NCBI GenBank assembly: GCA_965206645.1
Contig: CBDBKE010000003.1
Span: 800,001 to 864,000 of the forward strand
Direction: 5' to 3'
From: Terriglobia bacterium
GTDB taxonomy: Bacteria; Acidobacteriota; Terriglobia; JAJPHL01; JAPKYU01
Length of the DNA stretch: 64,000 nt
The notes below the pieces were generated by a model. That model was not told the origin of the DNA, searched no databases, and saw only the letters and a program-made list of their open reading frames with translations. A program made the position numbers and the translations under genes. This document shows, piece by piece, positions 1 through 8,450 of the stretch (position 1 is its first letter; every line of letters starts with the position of its first letter).

Positions 1-177
1 GAATTCTTTCAGGATGCGCCCCACCGTTCGGTCACTTGGTAGGCGTTTGGCTTCTGATCTTCCCAGTGCTTCTCTCTTAAGTTTTTCCCACACCCATTTG
101 GCGCTCGCCTTCGGGTTGTTTGCGGCAATTACCCGAATCCGTTCCTCCCATTGCTTGTCTGTCTTTGGTCGTGGCAT
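1..177 (-). CDS. HTH-like DNA-binding protein, partial (runs off the window)
   Basis: Not in the ORF track. ATG at 177 with GGAG upstream; reads MPRPKTDKQWEERIRVIAANNPKASAKWVWEKLKREALGRSEAKRLPSDRTVGRILKEF. The PSxRTVxRIL segment resembles a recognition helix; the gene is divergent from 280..510. Confidence 0.55.
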   Translation of the reverse strand, partial: MPRPKTDKQWEERIRVIAANNPKASAKWVWEKLKREALGRSEAKRLPSDRTVGRILKEF

Positions 178-279
178 CGGCGTGGCTCCATTTCGTTTCT
201 GAATTGGCAAATATCTTATTTGGTCTGGCTCATTAGACAGTTCAAGTGTCTAGTATCTAGGTCATACTGTCAAGGATAA

Positions 280-510
280 TTGTCCGGTACGGGAGGCAAA
301 CGAGTGACAAGACGAGATTCGGAAATCTTATTCACGGCTGGCGAAGCGGCGGCAGTGTTGGAGAGATCGTCGGACACCGCTCGCCAATTGGAGCGCGCCG
401 GTATTCTCCGGGCGGCCTATAAGACAAAAGGTGGCATCCGCCTCTTCCGGCCAGAGGACGTGCAAAAACTTGCGGAGGAACGGAAGCGTAAGGCGGAGAC
501 GGCGAAGTGA
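280..510 (+). CDS. MerR-type/excisionase-like HTH DNA-binding protein
   Basis: FTAGEAAAVLERSSDTARQLERAG...KTKGGIRLFRPEDV pattern. The true start may be GTG at 304, after GGGAGG. Confidence 0.75.
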   Translation: MSGTGGKRVTRRDSEILFTAGEAAAVLERSSDTARQLERAGILRAAYKTKGGIRLFRPEDVQKLAEERKRKAETAK

Positions 511-980
511 AGGAGAGCATGTTGGCTTCCCAGGTTGAACCGCGCCCCCAACCGCAGCTTGTGCGAGAGGTCGAACCCAGGATCACCTGGGTGGAGTACC
601 CGCACATCGAGCCGGGCGAGTACGCGGCGGCTTCAGGGCGTGCGTTCATATACTTCGACCGGTTCTTCAACCGTCACGTCTGTCTGGTTCGTTTCACTGT
701 GGTCGATGATGGGGGGGGAGATGTACTCGCACGGCTCCCCTGGTTCCTGAACCTGGGTAGTGGCCCGCATCCGAGGGCCGGCAGGCGAGGTCGCTATTGG
801 AATGAGTGGCTGCGGGCTAATGGGCGGCCACCAAAGCGCCGCGACCGGCTGGCGCCAAGAGTTTTTGAACATCGGGCGGCACGTGTTCAGGTTGGCGATA
901 CAACAATGCCCTTTCGAGAGGACCGCGAGTTTGACGCCTACTCGGTCATTAGAGAAGTCCTACGGTGGGAAACAGGCTGA
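507..980 (+). CDS. Hypothetical protein of the integrative element (possible nucleic-acid-binding beta fold)
   Basis: GTGA start/stop overlap with the upstream HTH gene; IEPGEY motif followed by aromatic/basic beta-like segments. Confidence 0.65.
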   Translation: MKESMLASQVEPRPQPQLVREVEPRITWVEYPHIEPGEYAAASGRAFIYFDRFFNRHVCLVRFTVVDDGGGDVLARLPWFLNLGSGPHPRAGRRGRYWNEWLRANGRPPKRRDRLAPRVFEHRAARVQVGDTTMPFREDREFDAYSVIREVLRWETG

Positions 981-1207
981 GAGGGTCAACCAAGTCAATG
1001 TTGTCACCCAGTCAAGGAAAGGCAGCACCAAGTGATGGGCGGAGAAGGGATTGCAGGTATTCCTTGTCAGGAACGATTGCGGTTTTCAGGCTTCGGCGCT
1101 GGCCGGCGTCGAGGGGTGAATCCAACTCAATGAACCCCAAGGGGCGCGCCTGGCGCGAACCGGGCGCGCCCAAAGGCAAACTGATCGCGCGACAAGCATA
1201 ACACGAA

Positions 1208-1321
1208 ATGGCTTCCTCTAACTCCAAACTCGGCATCGTTCCCGACCTGGCAGTAGTGGCGGACCCGGCAGCGGTAAACGACCTTCCCGAGGAGCATATC
1301 GAACAAGGAGGGACGTTTTAG
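1208..1321 (+). pseudogene. 37-aa truncated paralog of the N-terminus of the 2342..2719 excisionase-like gene
   Basis: MASSNSKLGIVPDLAVVADP versus MALECKLGIVPDLTAIAADP; DNA caaactcggcatcgttcccgacctg versus caaactcggcattgtcccggacctg. Confidence 0.6.
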
Positions 1322-2227
1322 TGAAGGGCAAGGTGTGTAGCTGGCGCGACATGCGCCGCATCAAGCACATCTTGGAGAACCCAGACCGACTAAAGGGTGA
1401 GCTAGCATCACTGACGGCTTGTGCTGGTAGGACGACTTGGTATGACTGGGAAAAAGCCATCGGGGTTATGGACTCTTGTCGCTTAAGCGACACTGTCCAT
1501 TTTCAGCCGACTCACGCTCGCGAAATAGCCCGCCATGCGCCTCAGGATGAGTGGGCCAGGTGGGCACAGCGATGCGAAACGGAGAGGCTGACCGTCGCAG
1601 AGCTTCGTGGGCGGCTGCTCGCCAGCCGGCAGAAACAGTCGCACGAGCAGGCTGCCGCAACGGCCCCCGGAGGGCAAATATAGGACGATCACGGTGGACC
1701 CGCCGTGGTCCTATCAGAACAAATCGGGGCGCCACGCGCCGGACTACGGCAAAGACAACCGCGTGATGACGCTAGACCAGGTTGTCTCGTTCGACGTCCA
1801 GCGATGGGTCCCCGAGGACGCCTGCCATCTGTACCTGTGGGTCACGGACGCCTACGTGGGGGGCGTCGGCCGGATATTGGAGGCGTGGGGCTTCGCGCCC
1901 AAGGCGATGCTGGTCTGGGTCAAGGACAGGATCGGGATGGGGAACTACTTCCGCCACCAGCACGAGCTCTGCGTGTTCGCGACCAGCGGGCGGCTGAGGC
2001 TGGCGCGCATGGACGCCTCAACGGTCTTCAGGGCGCCGGTGAAGAGGCACAGCGAGAAGCCGGACGAGTTCTACTCGCTGGTGGAGTCGTGCTCCCCGCC
2101 GCCCTATCTGGACGTGTTCGCGCGCAGGAGAAGGCCCGGATGGGACGTATACGGAGATGAGGTCTCAGCCGCTCGAAGGCAGGGCAACAGCGGGGGACCT
2201 AAGGACGGCAGTTGCCCAGGGGCATAA
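1321..2227 (+). pseudogene. MT-A70 family N6-adenine methyltransferase split by a +1 frameshift at about 1664-1669
   Basis: The downstream frame has KYRTITVDPPW, HLYLWVT, WVKDRIGMGNYFR, HSEKPDEFY and YLDVFAR...GWDVYGDE but no good start of its own. Removing one C from the C5 run joins it to ORF 1321..1683 (…ATAPEGKYRT). Confidence 0.8.
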
Positions 2228-2341
2228 ACGGGAGCCGATGATCCCGGTGAACGCTATATCCACCCGCCGAGGGTCTCCGCAGAATAGAGAGACTGGCTGA
2301 GCAAGCGGCAGCCGAAGGAAGGCAACCGGATTCAGTAGAGC

Positions 2342-2719
2342 ATGGCCCTTGAATGCAAACTCGGCATTGTCCCGGACCTGACCGCAATAGCGGCGGACCC
2401 GGACGTGGCGCGCCAACTGACGGCGGACCAGGTGGAGGCGCTCCTGGCGGCCTGCTCCGTGTGCCAGGCGGCTCTGGTAAACCGGCTCCTGCTGTTGCGG
2501 GCCAGCAGCAACGGACAGGGCCAGGCGCAAGGGAGCGGGGACCGGTTACTGAGCGCGAAGGAAACGGCGGATCGGCTCGGTGTGAGCTTGGACTACGTTT
2601 ATAAACACGCCCACCAATTCCCCTTTGCCAGGCACGAAGGACGGCGGGTGCTGTTCTCCGAGCGCGGCCTGGAGCGGTATCTCCAGGGAAAGACGGAGAA
2701 GAAATCTCTTGACATCTAG
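2342..2719 (+). CDS. Excisionase-like helix-turn-helix protein
   Basis: C-terminal DRLLSAKETADRLGVSLDYVYK...FPFARHEGRRVLFSERGLERYL; lies just upstream of the integrase. Confidence 0.8.
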   Translation: MALECKLGIVPDLTAIAADPDVARQLTADQVEALLAACSVCQAALVNRLLLLRASSNGQGQAQGSGDRLLSAKETADRLGVSLDYVYKHAHQFPFARHEGRRVLFSERGLERYLQGKTEKKSLDI

Positions 2720-2733
2720 ATATCTAAATATAC
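2709..2733 (+). promoter_or_regulatory. Candidate promoter/operator of the RHH-integrase operon
   Basis: TTGACA at 2709-2714 followed immediately by the palindrome TAGATATCTA; the -10 spacing is not canonical. Confidence 0.4.
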
Positions 2734-2743
2734 AGCCATTGGC

Positions 2744-2932
2744 ATGGGGAAGCACCCAACTAAAAGGAGGGTAACTGATATGCCAGTGAAAAAGACCGTC
2801 AAGACTTCCATGCGGCTTCCGGCGGACCTATGGACAGCCGCCCGTATTGAAGCGATCAAGCGGGGCGTGGACGCCCAGGACATCGTTACCGAGGCCCTGA
2901 GTCTCTGGTTCAGGAAAGGGGGTGCACGATGA
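2744..2932 (+). CDS. Ribbon-helix-helix DNA-binding protein
   Basis: VKTSMRLPADLWTAARIEAIKRGVDAQDIVTEAL beta-alpha-alpha pattern; ATGA overlap with the integrase. The start may be ATG 2780 after AGGAGG. Confidence 0.75.
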   Translation: MGKHPTKRRVTDMPVKKTVKTSMRLPADLWTAARIEAIKRGVDAQDIVTEALSLWFRKGGAR

Positions 2933-4041
2933 GAGGCGACGGAGCAGTGTTCAAGCACCCCCGAAGCAAGTTCCTCTGGATTCGGTACTCCCATCGGGGG
3001 AAGCTCTATCGGGAAACCACCGGGACAGTAGACCCGAAGAAGGCCGCGAAGCTGCTCAAGCAAAAACTCGCGGGGATTGCGGCTGACAAGCACGGTATAG
3101 CCGAGTTTGTTCCCAACAGCCAATTGCGGGTGCGGGACTTGCTGGACGCCCTGGAAGCCGACTACAAGCTCAGGGAGGTTCGGAGCGTCCCGCAGGTGCA
3201 AGCCCACCGTAAACCGCTGCTGGAAATCCTGGGCGGAATCCGAGCGCAGGACCTGGGCTCTGAAGCGATAGACCGTTATATCGAGAAGCGGCTGCAGGCC
3301 GGCAAGGCCAAGGCTACCGTGAATCGGGAGACACGGATACTCGGCCAAGCCTTCCGGCTGGCAATCCAGCGCAAGAAGCTTAGGACGGCCCCAATAATCC
3401 GGCGGCTATCCGAAAAAGGCAACCGGCGGGAGGGGTTCTTTGAGGCCAATGAATTTGAGGCTGTGCTTTCCAACTTGCCGGACTACCTGAACGGCTTTAC
3501 GCACTTCGGGTATCTCTCCGGCTGGCGCAAAGGCGAGATTGCCTCACTGCAGTGTCCCGATGTTGACCTGATGGGGAAGGTGATCCGGTTGAGGCCCGGG
3601 CACTCCAAAAACGGATGCGGAAGGGTCCTGGCCCTGGAAGCCGAGTTGTGGGAGATCGTGGAGCGGCAATGGAGAATGCGTGAGTATCAGAAGCCGGACG
3701 GGACAGCCGGGCTTTCCCTATACATCTTCCAACGCGACGGCGCCCCCATCGGCGACATTCGCAAGGCGTGGGCGACGGCCTGCAAGAAAGCCGGTGTCAA
3801 GAAGCTCTTCCATGACTTCCGGCGAACCGCAGCCCGCAACATGCGTCGCGCTGGTGTCCCCGAAGATGTTGTCATGAAAGTCCTGGGCCACAAGACCCGT
3901 AGCATGCTCGCAAGGTACGATATCGTCAATGAGGGCGACATACGGGAGGCCGTGCTCAGGACCCAGCAGTACCTACGGTCCGTTCCACCACAACAAACAG
4001 TTGTCCCCTTCCAGAAAGAAGCAGCCGGAGGGGTTCAGTAA
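2929..4041 (+). CDS. Tyrosine recombinase/integrase
   Basis: Catalytic residues in SGWRKGEI (R), SKNG (K), HDFRR (HxxR), LGH and RYDI (Y); N-terminal arm-binding-like region. Confidence 0.95.
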   Translation: MRGDGAVFKHPRSKFLWIRYSHRGKLYRETTGTVDPKKAAKLLKQKLAGIAADKHGIAEFVPNSQLRVRDLLDALEADYKLREVRSVPQVQAHRKPLLEILGGIRAQDLGSEAIDRYIEKRLQAGKAKATVNRETRILGQAFRLAIQRKKLRTAPIIRRLSEKGNRREGFFEANEFEAVLSNLPDYLNGFTHFGYLSGWRKGEIASLQCPDVDLMGKVIRLRPGHSKNGCGRVLALEAELWEIVERQWRMREYQKPDGTAGLSLYIFQRDGAPIGDIRKAWATACKKAGVKKLFHDFRRTAARNMRRAGVPEDVVMKVLGHKTRSMLARYDIVNEGDIREAVLRTQQYLRSVPPQQTVVPFQKEAAGGVQ

Positions 4042-4048
4042 TGCGAAG

Positions 4049-4086
4049 TTGCACACTTCTTGCACACCTGCACAAGAATAGTGCAA
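4049..4086. repeat. Putative integrase arm-type binding repeats
   Basis: TTGCACAC twice at 11-bp spacing, then CTGCACA and an inverted GTGCAA, between the int stop and the tRNA 3' end. Confidence 0.55.
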
Positions 4087-4136
4087 TTCGCTTTTTGAGC
4101 AGTGGAGCTAAATCTTTGGGAACAAAATCGAAAGGT

Positions 4137-4213
<77 letters not shown>

Positions 4214-4217
4214 CCTT

Positions 4218-4246
4218 ATCCTATCGCGGTACGAACGGCCCGTCAA
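4218..4246 (-). promoter_or_regulatory. sigma70 promoter of tRNA-fMet
   Basis: TTGACG-N17-TAGGAT immediately 5' of the tRNA. Confidence 0.6.
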
Positions 4247-4388
4247 CTGTCCGCCCACGCCACCCAGCATAGCTGCTGCCCCGGGCACCCGAGTGCAGCG
4301 CGGTGGCGCCGCGCCAAGCCCCCGAGAAGATAAGCTTTCCTTCCGCAAAGACAAGAATGCCCTGAAGGTTTCCTGAAGAAGTAGCGCC

Positions 4389-4475
4389 GTGCTGTTGCTC
4401 ACCGAAAGCGAAGTTCGTCGGTTGCTGAACATGGATACGGCGCTCGAACTGCTGGGAGGGCTGTCCGGAGCATAG
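4389..4475 (+). pseudogene. N-terminal remnant of an ornithine cyclodeaminase/mu-crystallin family gene
   Basis: VLLLTESEVRRLLNMDTALELL resembles the family N-terminus (LLLTExDVRRLLxMxxAI); it stops after 28 aa. Confidence 0.45.
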
Positions 4476-4624
4476 TGTTCAGCCAGACACACCGGCACTC
4501 GCCCGTCTGAGAAGTAGCATTTTGGGGGCTACGTGCTAGATTGCTGCCCGCTCTCTAACGTCACTGCCGCCTCGGACGCCGCCGGCAAGCCGGTGGGGAG
4601 GCGGCCAGCAATCCGCGAGGTCGT

Positions 4625-5224
4625 ATGCGTAAGAAAGGCTGCAGTTGGATTTTTGGGGTTCTAATCTTGATCGTGGCCGTCCCGGCGGCCCGCGCGACTG
4701 TTCTCCAGAGGCTTTTCCTAGATGACATGGTGGGGAAATCCGCCGTAGTCGTTCATGCCACCGTGATCAGTTCTCGCGCCGATTGGAACGCCAGCCACAG
4801 TTCCATCTGGACGGTCTACACAGTGCGCGCACACCAATACCTGAAGGGTTTCCTGGGAGAAACCTTTGAGTTTCGTGAGCCCGGGGGCACGGTGAGCAAC
4901 GTGGGAATGTATGTTGCCGGCGCGCCGAAATTTCTTGCAGACGAGGAAGTGGTCTTGTTTCTGTGGACGGACGGTCGGAGCGGGCGCTATCAGTGCATCG
5001 GGTTCGAGCAAGGGGCCTTAAGAGTGCGCCAGGAGGGGACCGTAAAGTTGGTCAATCGCAGCATCCCGGTCCGCCCGGAGCAAGCAGTCCAGGCGCGCTC
5101 CCCGCTGCGGTCGCGCTTGGGGCCGGTCTCCGGCACCAGCCGGGAGCTCGGGGCCCTACTGGGGGAAGTGGCCGCGGCCCTGGCCCTGGCCGAGGCAGCT
5201 GCTGACGGAAAGGAGGCACGCTAA
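4625..5224 (+). CDS. Secreted hypothetical protein coupled to the matrixin gene
   Basis: Signal peptide ending ARA; IWTVY...YLKG...EPGG...GAPKF...VVLFL pattern of the kind seen in propeptide-like partners of metalloproteases; TAATG overlap with the next gene. Confidence 0.75.
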   Translation: MRKKGCSWIFGVLILIVAVPAARATVLQRLFLDDMVGKSAVVVHATVISSRADWNASHSSIWTVYTVRAHQYLKGFLGETFEFREPGGTVSNVGMYVAGAPKFLADEEVVLFLWTDGRSGRYQCIGFEQGALRVRQEGTVKLVNRSIPVRPEQAVQARSPLRSRLGPVSGTSRELGALLGEVAAALALAEAAADGKEAR

Positions 5225-7227
5225 TGCGAACGCGCGCCTGCTTTGCCTTCTCTCTGCTGGTGCTCCTGGCGTTGCAGTCCATACCTGGGAGTGCTTACAC
5301 CCCGTCCACCACCGACCAAGGGATCCTGGTGCGCTGGGCCAACGGGACAGTGATCCAGTACGTCTTCAACGAAAACTTCGCTCCGAACAACGACGACACA
5401 CTCGTGCGCGCGGCGGTCGGAGACGCGCTGCGAACGCTGGAGGCGTCCGTCTCCGGGAGTTCAGGAGTGCGCTTCGAGGACGCTGGTACTACCGCGCTGA
5501 ACAAGACCGGCTTTGACTGCATCAACCTGATCACCTTCACCGCCCCCGACCCCGAGGACCAGCTCCCCGACGGCGTCCTGGCCCAGGCCCGCCTAATTGC
5601 CAGCACGACCGCCGGAACCTTCGATGTTTGCGGTGAACCGCTGAGTGTAAGCGCCGGGCAGATATTAGACGCCGATATGTTGTACAACACCACCAAGGCG
5701 TTGACGACCTCGCTGGTCCAGGAGGATGTGTTTGACATTCAGGGCCTGGCATTACACGAGGGCGGGCACTGGCTTGGCCTGAACCACACCGGGATCGTTG
5801 CGGCGGTCATGTCGCCTTTTGGCGAAGGTGGCGAATCTCCTGTACGACGCCTGCACAGCGACGACACGGCCGGCCTGACGGCCATCTACGGATCCTCGGG
5901 AGGGTCCATCTCCGGCCGCATCACCATTTCCGGCGGCAACGTGAAAGCCGCCCACGTGGTCGCCACCAACTCGACCACGGGAGTGACCACGGCCTCAGCC
6001 ACCAGCGACCAGGACGGCTACCGCATCTTGGGGCTGCCCGCGGGCAGCTACAGGGTCTTCGTAGAACCGTATGATGGTCCGGTTACGCTTTTCGACCTGC
6101 CGGGATTTTTCCAGGACGGCAACACTCAGTTCGAAACCACCTTTCTGACGAATCCGGTGACGGTCGGCACGTCCGCAGTCAGCGGGGTGGACATCGAGGT
6201 GGCCGCATCCATGGCTCCAGCGGACCTCGCCCGCATAGGCCTACTGATGGGCAATTCGTTCTTCCTCGGCGGAGTACCCGTTTCGGTTCGCCGGGGCGCC
6301 GACTCCTCCATCGTCCTGGACGGCCAAAACCTCTCCGGTCAGGCCAGCTTTTCTTCCCCTGGCATTACGATTGGCAGCGCGGGGACGTTCACCGATTCAA
6401 CCGGGGCCACTCGTCAGTTTGTGGACACCAGCGTGGCCGCGGACGCGGCTCTAGGCCCGACGGACGTCTATTTCGGCTCCGCCTCGTATACTTCGGGGGT
6501 GGTGGTGACGCTGAACCCGCAGGTGCCGGCTGACGGCATCGTAGATGGCGCCGCGTTCAACCAGAACACGTCAGCGCCACACTACGCGCCGGGCAGCATC
6601 ATCTCTCTGTTCGGCAATGACCTGGCCGAGCAGCTTGCGGGGCCAGACCGCACGCCGCTGCCGACCCAGCTGGCCGGGGTCTCGGTGCTGGTGGGGAACC
6701 GGCTGGCGCCCTTGTTCTTCGTGAGCACCGGGCAAATCAATGCGATGATTCCGTTCGAGACCGTCGGCAACAGCGTGAACGTTTCCGTAGTTGCTGGCGC
6801 CAACTCGCAGAGCACACCCGTCACGCTGCAACTGGGTTCGTCGGCACCGCGCATCTTCATGGTGCCCAATACGGACCAAGGCGCCATCCAGAATGGGTCC
6901 CGCAACAATGTGCTGGTGGATGTCGCCAATCCAGCCCAGGCGAGCGATGTGCTGGTGATCTTCGGAACCGGTTTAGGAGCGGTCACCAACCCACCCGCAA
7001 GCGGAGTGGCCGCCTCTGGAAATCCCCTCTCCACGACCATCAAGGTTCCCACCGTGACCATTGGCGGGCAGGCGGCGGCGGTGCAGTTCTCCGGCCTGAC
7101 GCCGGGCTTCGTGGGGCTCTACCAGGTGAATGCCCCCGTGCCCGGCGGCTTGCCCCCCGGCCGCGCGACGGTGGTGATCAGCACTTCGGCTGGGTCCAGC
7201 AACCAGGTGATGATTTCCGTGCAGTAG
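5224..7227 (+). CDS. Secreted matrixin (M10)-family metalloprotease with a carboxypeptidase-regulatory-like domain and a TIGR03437-type C-terminal domain
   Basis: HEGGHWLGLNH zinc motif, AVMSP Met-turn, and C-terminal APGSIISLFG...GQINA...FGTGLG...GFVGLYQVN. Confidence 0.88.
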   Translation: MRTRACFAFSLLVLLALQSIPGSAYTPSTTDQGILVRWANGTVIQYVFNENFAPNNDDTLVRAAVGDALRTLEASVSGSSGVRFEDAGTTALNKTGFDCINLITFTAPDPEDQLPDGVLAQARLIASTTAGTFDVCGEPLSVSAGQILDADMLYNTTKALTTSLVQEDVFDIQGLALHEGGHWLGLNHTGIVAAVMSPFGEGGESPVRRLHSDDTAGLTAIYGSSGGSISGRITISGGNVKAAHVVATNSTTGVTTASATSDQDGYRILGLPAGSYRVFVEPYDGPVTLFDLPGFFQDGNTQFETTFLTNPVTVGTSAVSGVDIEVAASMAPADLARIGLLMGNSFFLGGVPVSVRRGADSSIVLDGQNLSGQASFSSPGITIGSAGTFTDSTGATRQFVDTSVAADAALGPTDVYFGSASYTSGVVVTLNPQVPADGIVDGAAFNQNTSAPHYAPGSIISLFGNDLAEQLAGPDRTPLPTQLAGVSVLVGNRLAPLFFVSTGQINAMIPFETVGNSVNVSVVAGANSQSTPVTLQLGSSAPRIFMVPNTDQGAIQNGSRNNVLVDVANPAQASDVLVIFGTGLGAVTNPPASGVAASGNPLSTTIKVPTVTIGGQAAAVQFSGLTPGFVGLYQVNAPVPGGLPPGRATVVISTSAGSSNQVMISVQ

Positions 7228-7272
7228 GCAGAGTGGCGAGGTGCGGGCTACGGGGTTTCCTGTCGGGCGCGG

Positions 7273-7686
7273 CTAACGAGTTCCGGTCAGCACGTCGTTG
7301 GCGAACCGCAAAAGGTCTCGCCGGGTGATGATGCCTATGACCCGCGCGCCGTCCATCACCGGCAGGCAGCCTCTGTGCTGGGCGTAGAGTTGAGCGCCGG
7401 CTTCGGTCAGGGGGGCTTCCGGGCCGATCGTCGTGACCTCCTTGGTCATCACCTTGCCCACCAGGGTATTCTCAAAGATCTCGTTGTACTGCTCGGGTGT
7501 GCTGTGAAGGATGGAAGGAGCATAGCGGCGTATGTCGCGCTCAGTCAGCAGCCCGACCATGCGATCTTCGCTGACCACCGGCATATGCCGGACGCCGGCT
7601 CGGCGGACCAATAACTCCGCATCGAGCAGCCGGTCCTCCGGGCTCAGGGTTTCCGGGTTGGGAGTCATGTAACGCCGCATTCCCAA
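7273..7686 (-). CDS. CBS-domain protein (AcuB-like)
   Basis: MTPNPETL...VRHMPVV...GLLTERD...GCLPVMD...GIITRRD tandem CBS pair. Confidence 0.88.
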   Translation of the reverse strand: MGMRRYMTPNPETLSPEDRLLDAELLVRRAGVRHMPVVSEDRMVGLLTERDIRRYAPSILHSTPEQYNEIFENTLVGKVMTKEVTTIGPEAPLTEAGAQLYAQHRGCLPVMDGARVIGIITRRDLLRFANDVLTGTR

Positions 7687-7709
7687 AGTCCCCAGCCTTT
7701 TGCCTACCG

Positions 7710-8390
7710 CTAGTGTGGAGCCGACTTGAAGATCAAGATGTACTGGTTGGGCAGTACCGTCGGCGAGGCTTCAAGCTTCCAGCCGAAACGCTGGACCTCC
7801 TTCACCACTCCATCCCGGTCCAGGCGGACGTGGTCGCGCATCTCGTCCCGCTTGAAGAAATCCACAATGGCAATGCGCCCCTCGGATTTGAGCGCCCTTC
7901 GCAGGTGGTCCAGCATGGCTTTGGGAAATGCGAAGTGGTGATAGCAATCCAGCATCACTGCCAGATCCATCTCGCCAGGGGGCAAGCGCGGGTTCAGCTC
8001 GTCGCCCAGAAGCAACAGGACGTTCTCCAGTTCGAATGTCTGGACCTTTTCGCGAGCACGTTCCAGAAAATCCGGGTAGATGTCTTCGGCGTAGACCAGC
8101 CCGCCTGGGTCCACCGCCTTACTCAGGTAGGGCAGCAGAACTCCGGCGCCGGTGCCGATGTCGGCGACGCGGTCGCCCGGCTGGACGTCAAGTGCAGCGA
8201 TCAGTTCGCGCGGCTTCAACCGCTCGATTCGATCTGGATTTTCCAGGTACGCGACGACCCCGGCGCGCTGCTCCGGCGTGTGGTAATGCTCGTTGGGGAC
8301 CTGGACTGGTTCCGGCTGCTGTCCCCAGCCAGCAACGCCGAGCAACATCAGGGAAACAGCGAAAATCCTGGAGACGCGGTGATTCCTCAT
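7710..8390 (-). CDS. Secreted class I SAM-dependent methyltransferase
   Basis: Signal peptide, VADIGTGAG motif I, DCYHH. Confidence 0.85.
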   Translation of the reverse strand: MRNHRVSRIFAVSLMLLGVAGWGQQPEPVQVPNEHYHTPEQRAGVVAYLENPDRIERLKPRELIAALDVQPGDRVADIGTGAGVLLPYLSKAVDPGGLVYAEDIYPDFLERAREKVQTFELENVLLLLGDELNPRLPPGEMDLAVMLDCYHHFAFPKAMLDHLRRALKSEGRIAIVDFFKRDEMRDHVRLDRDGVVKEVQRFGWKLEASPTVLPNQYILIFKSAPH

Positions 8391-8450
8391 GACGAGAAAC
8401 TCCGCCAGACTAGCCGATCCGGCAGCGGGTTACAACAGGCTACACTTGGA

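Larger units (their letters stand above)
1..4136. mobile_element. Integrative element (satellite/prophage remnant-like) at the 3' end of tRNA-fMet; continues beyond the left window edge
   Basis: A tyrosine integrase ends about 95 bp from the tRNA 3' CCA. Upstream are excisionase-like HTH, RHH, MerR-like HTH and MT-A70 genes, and short repeats lie between int and the tRNA. Confidence 0.85.
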
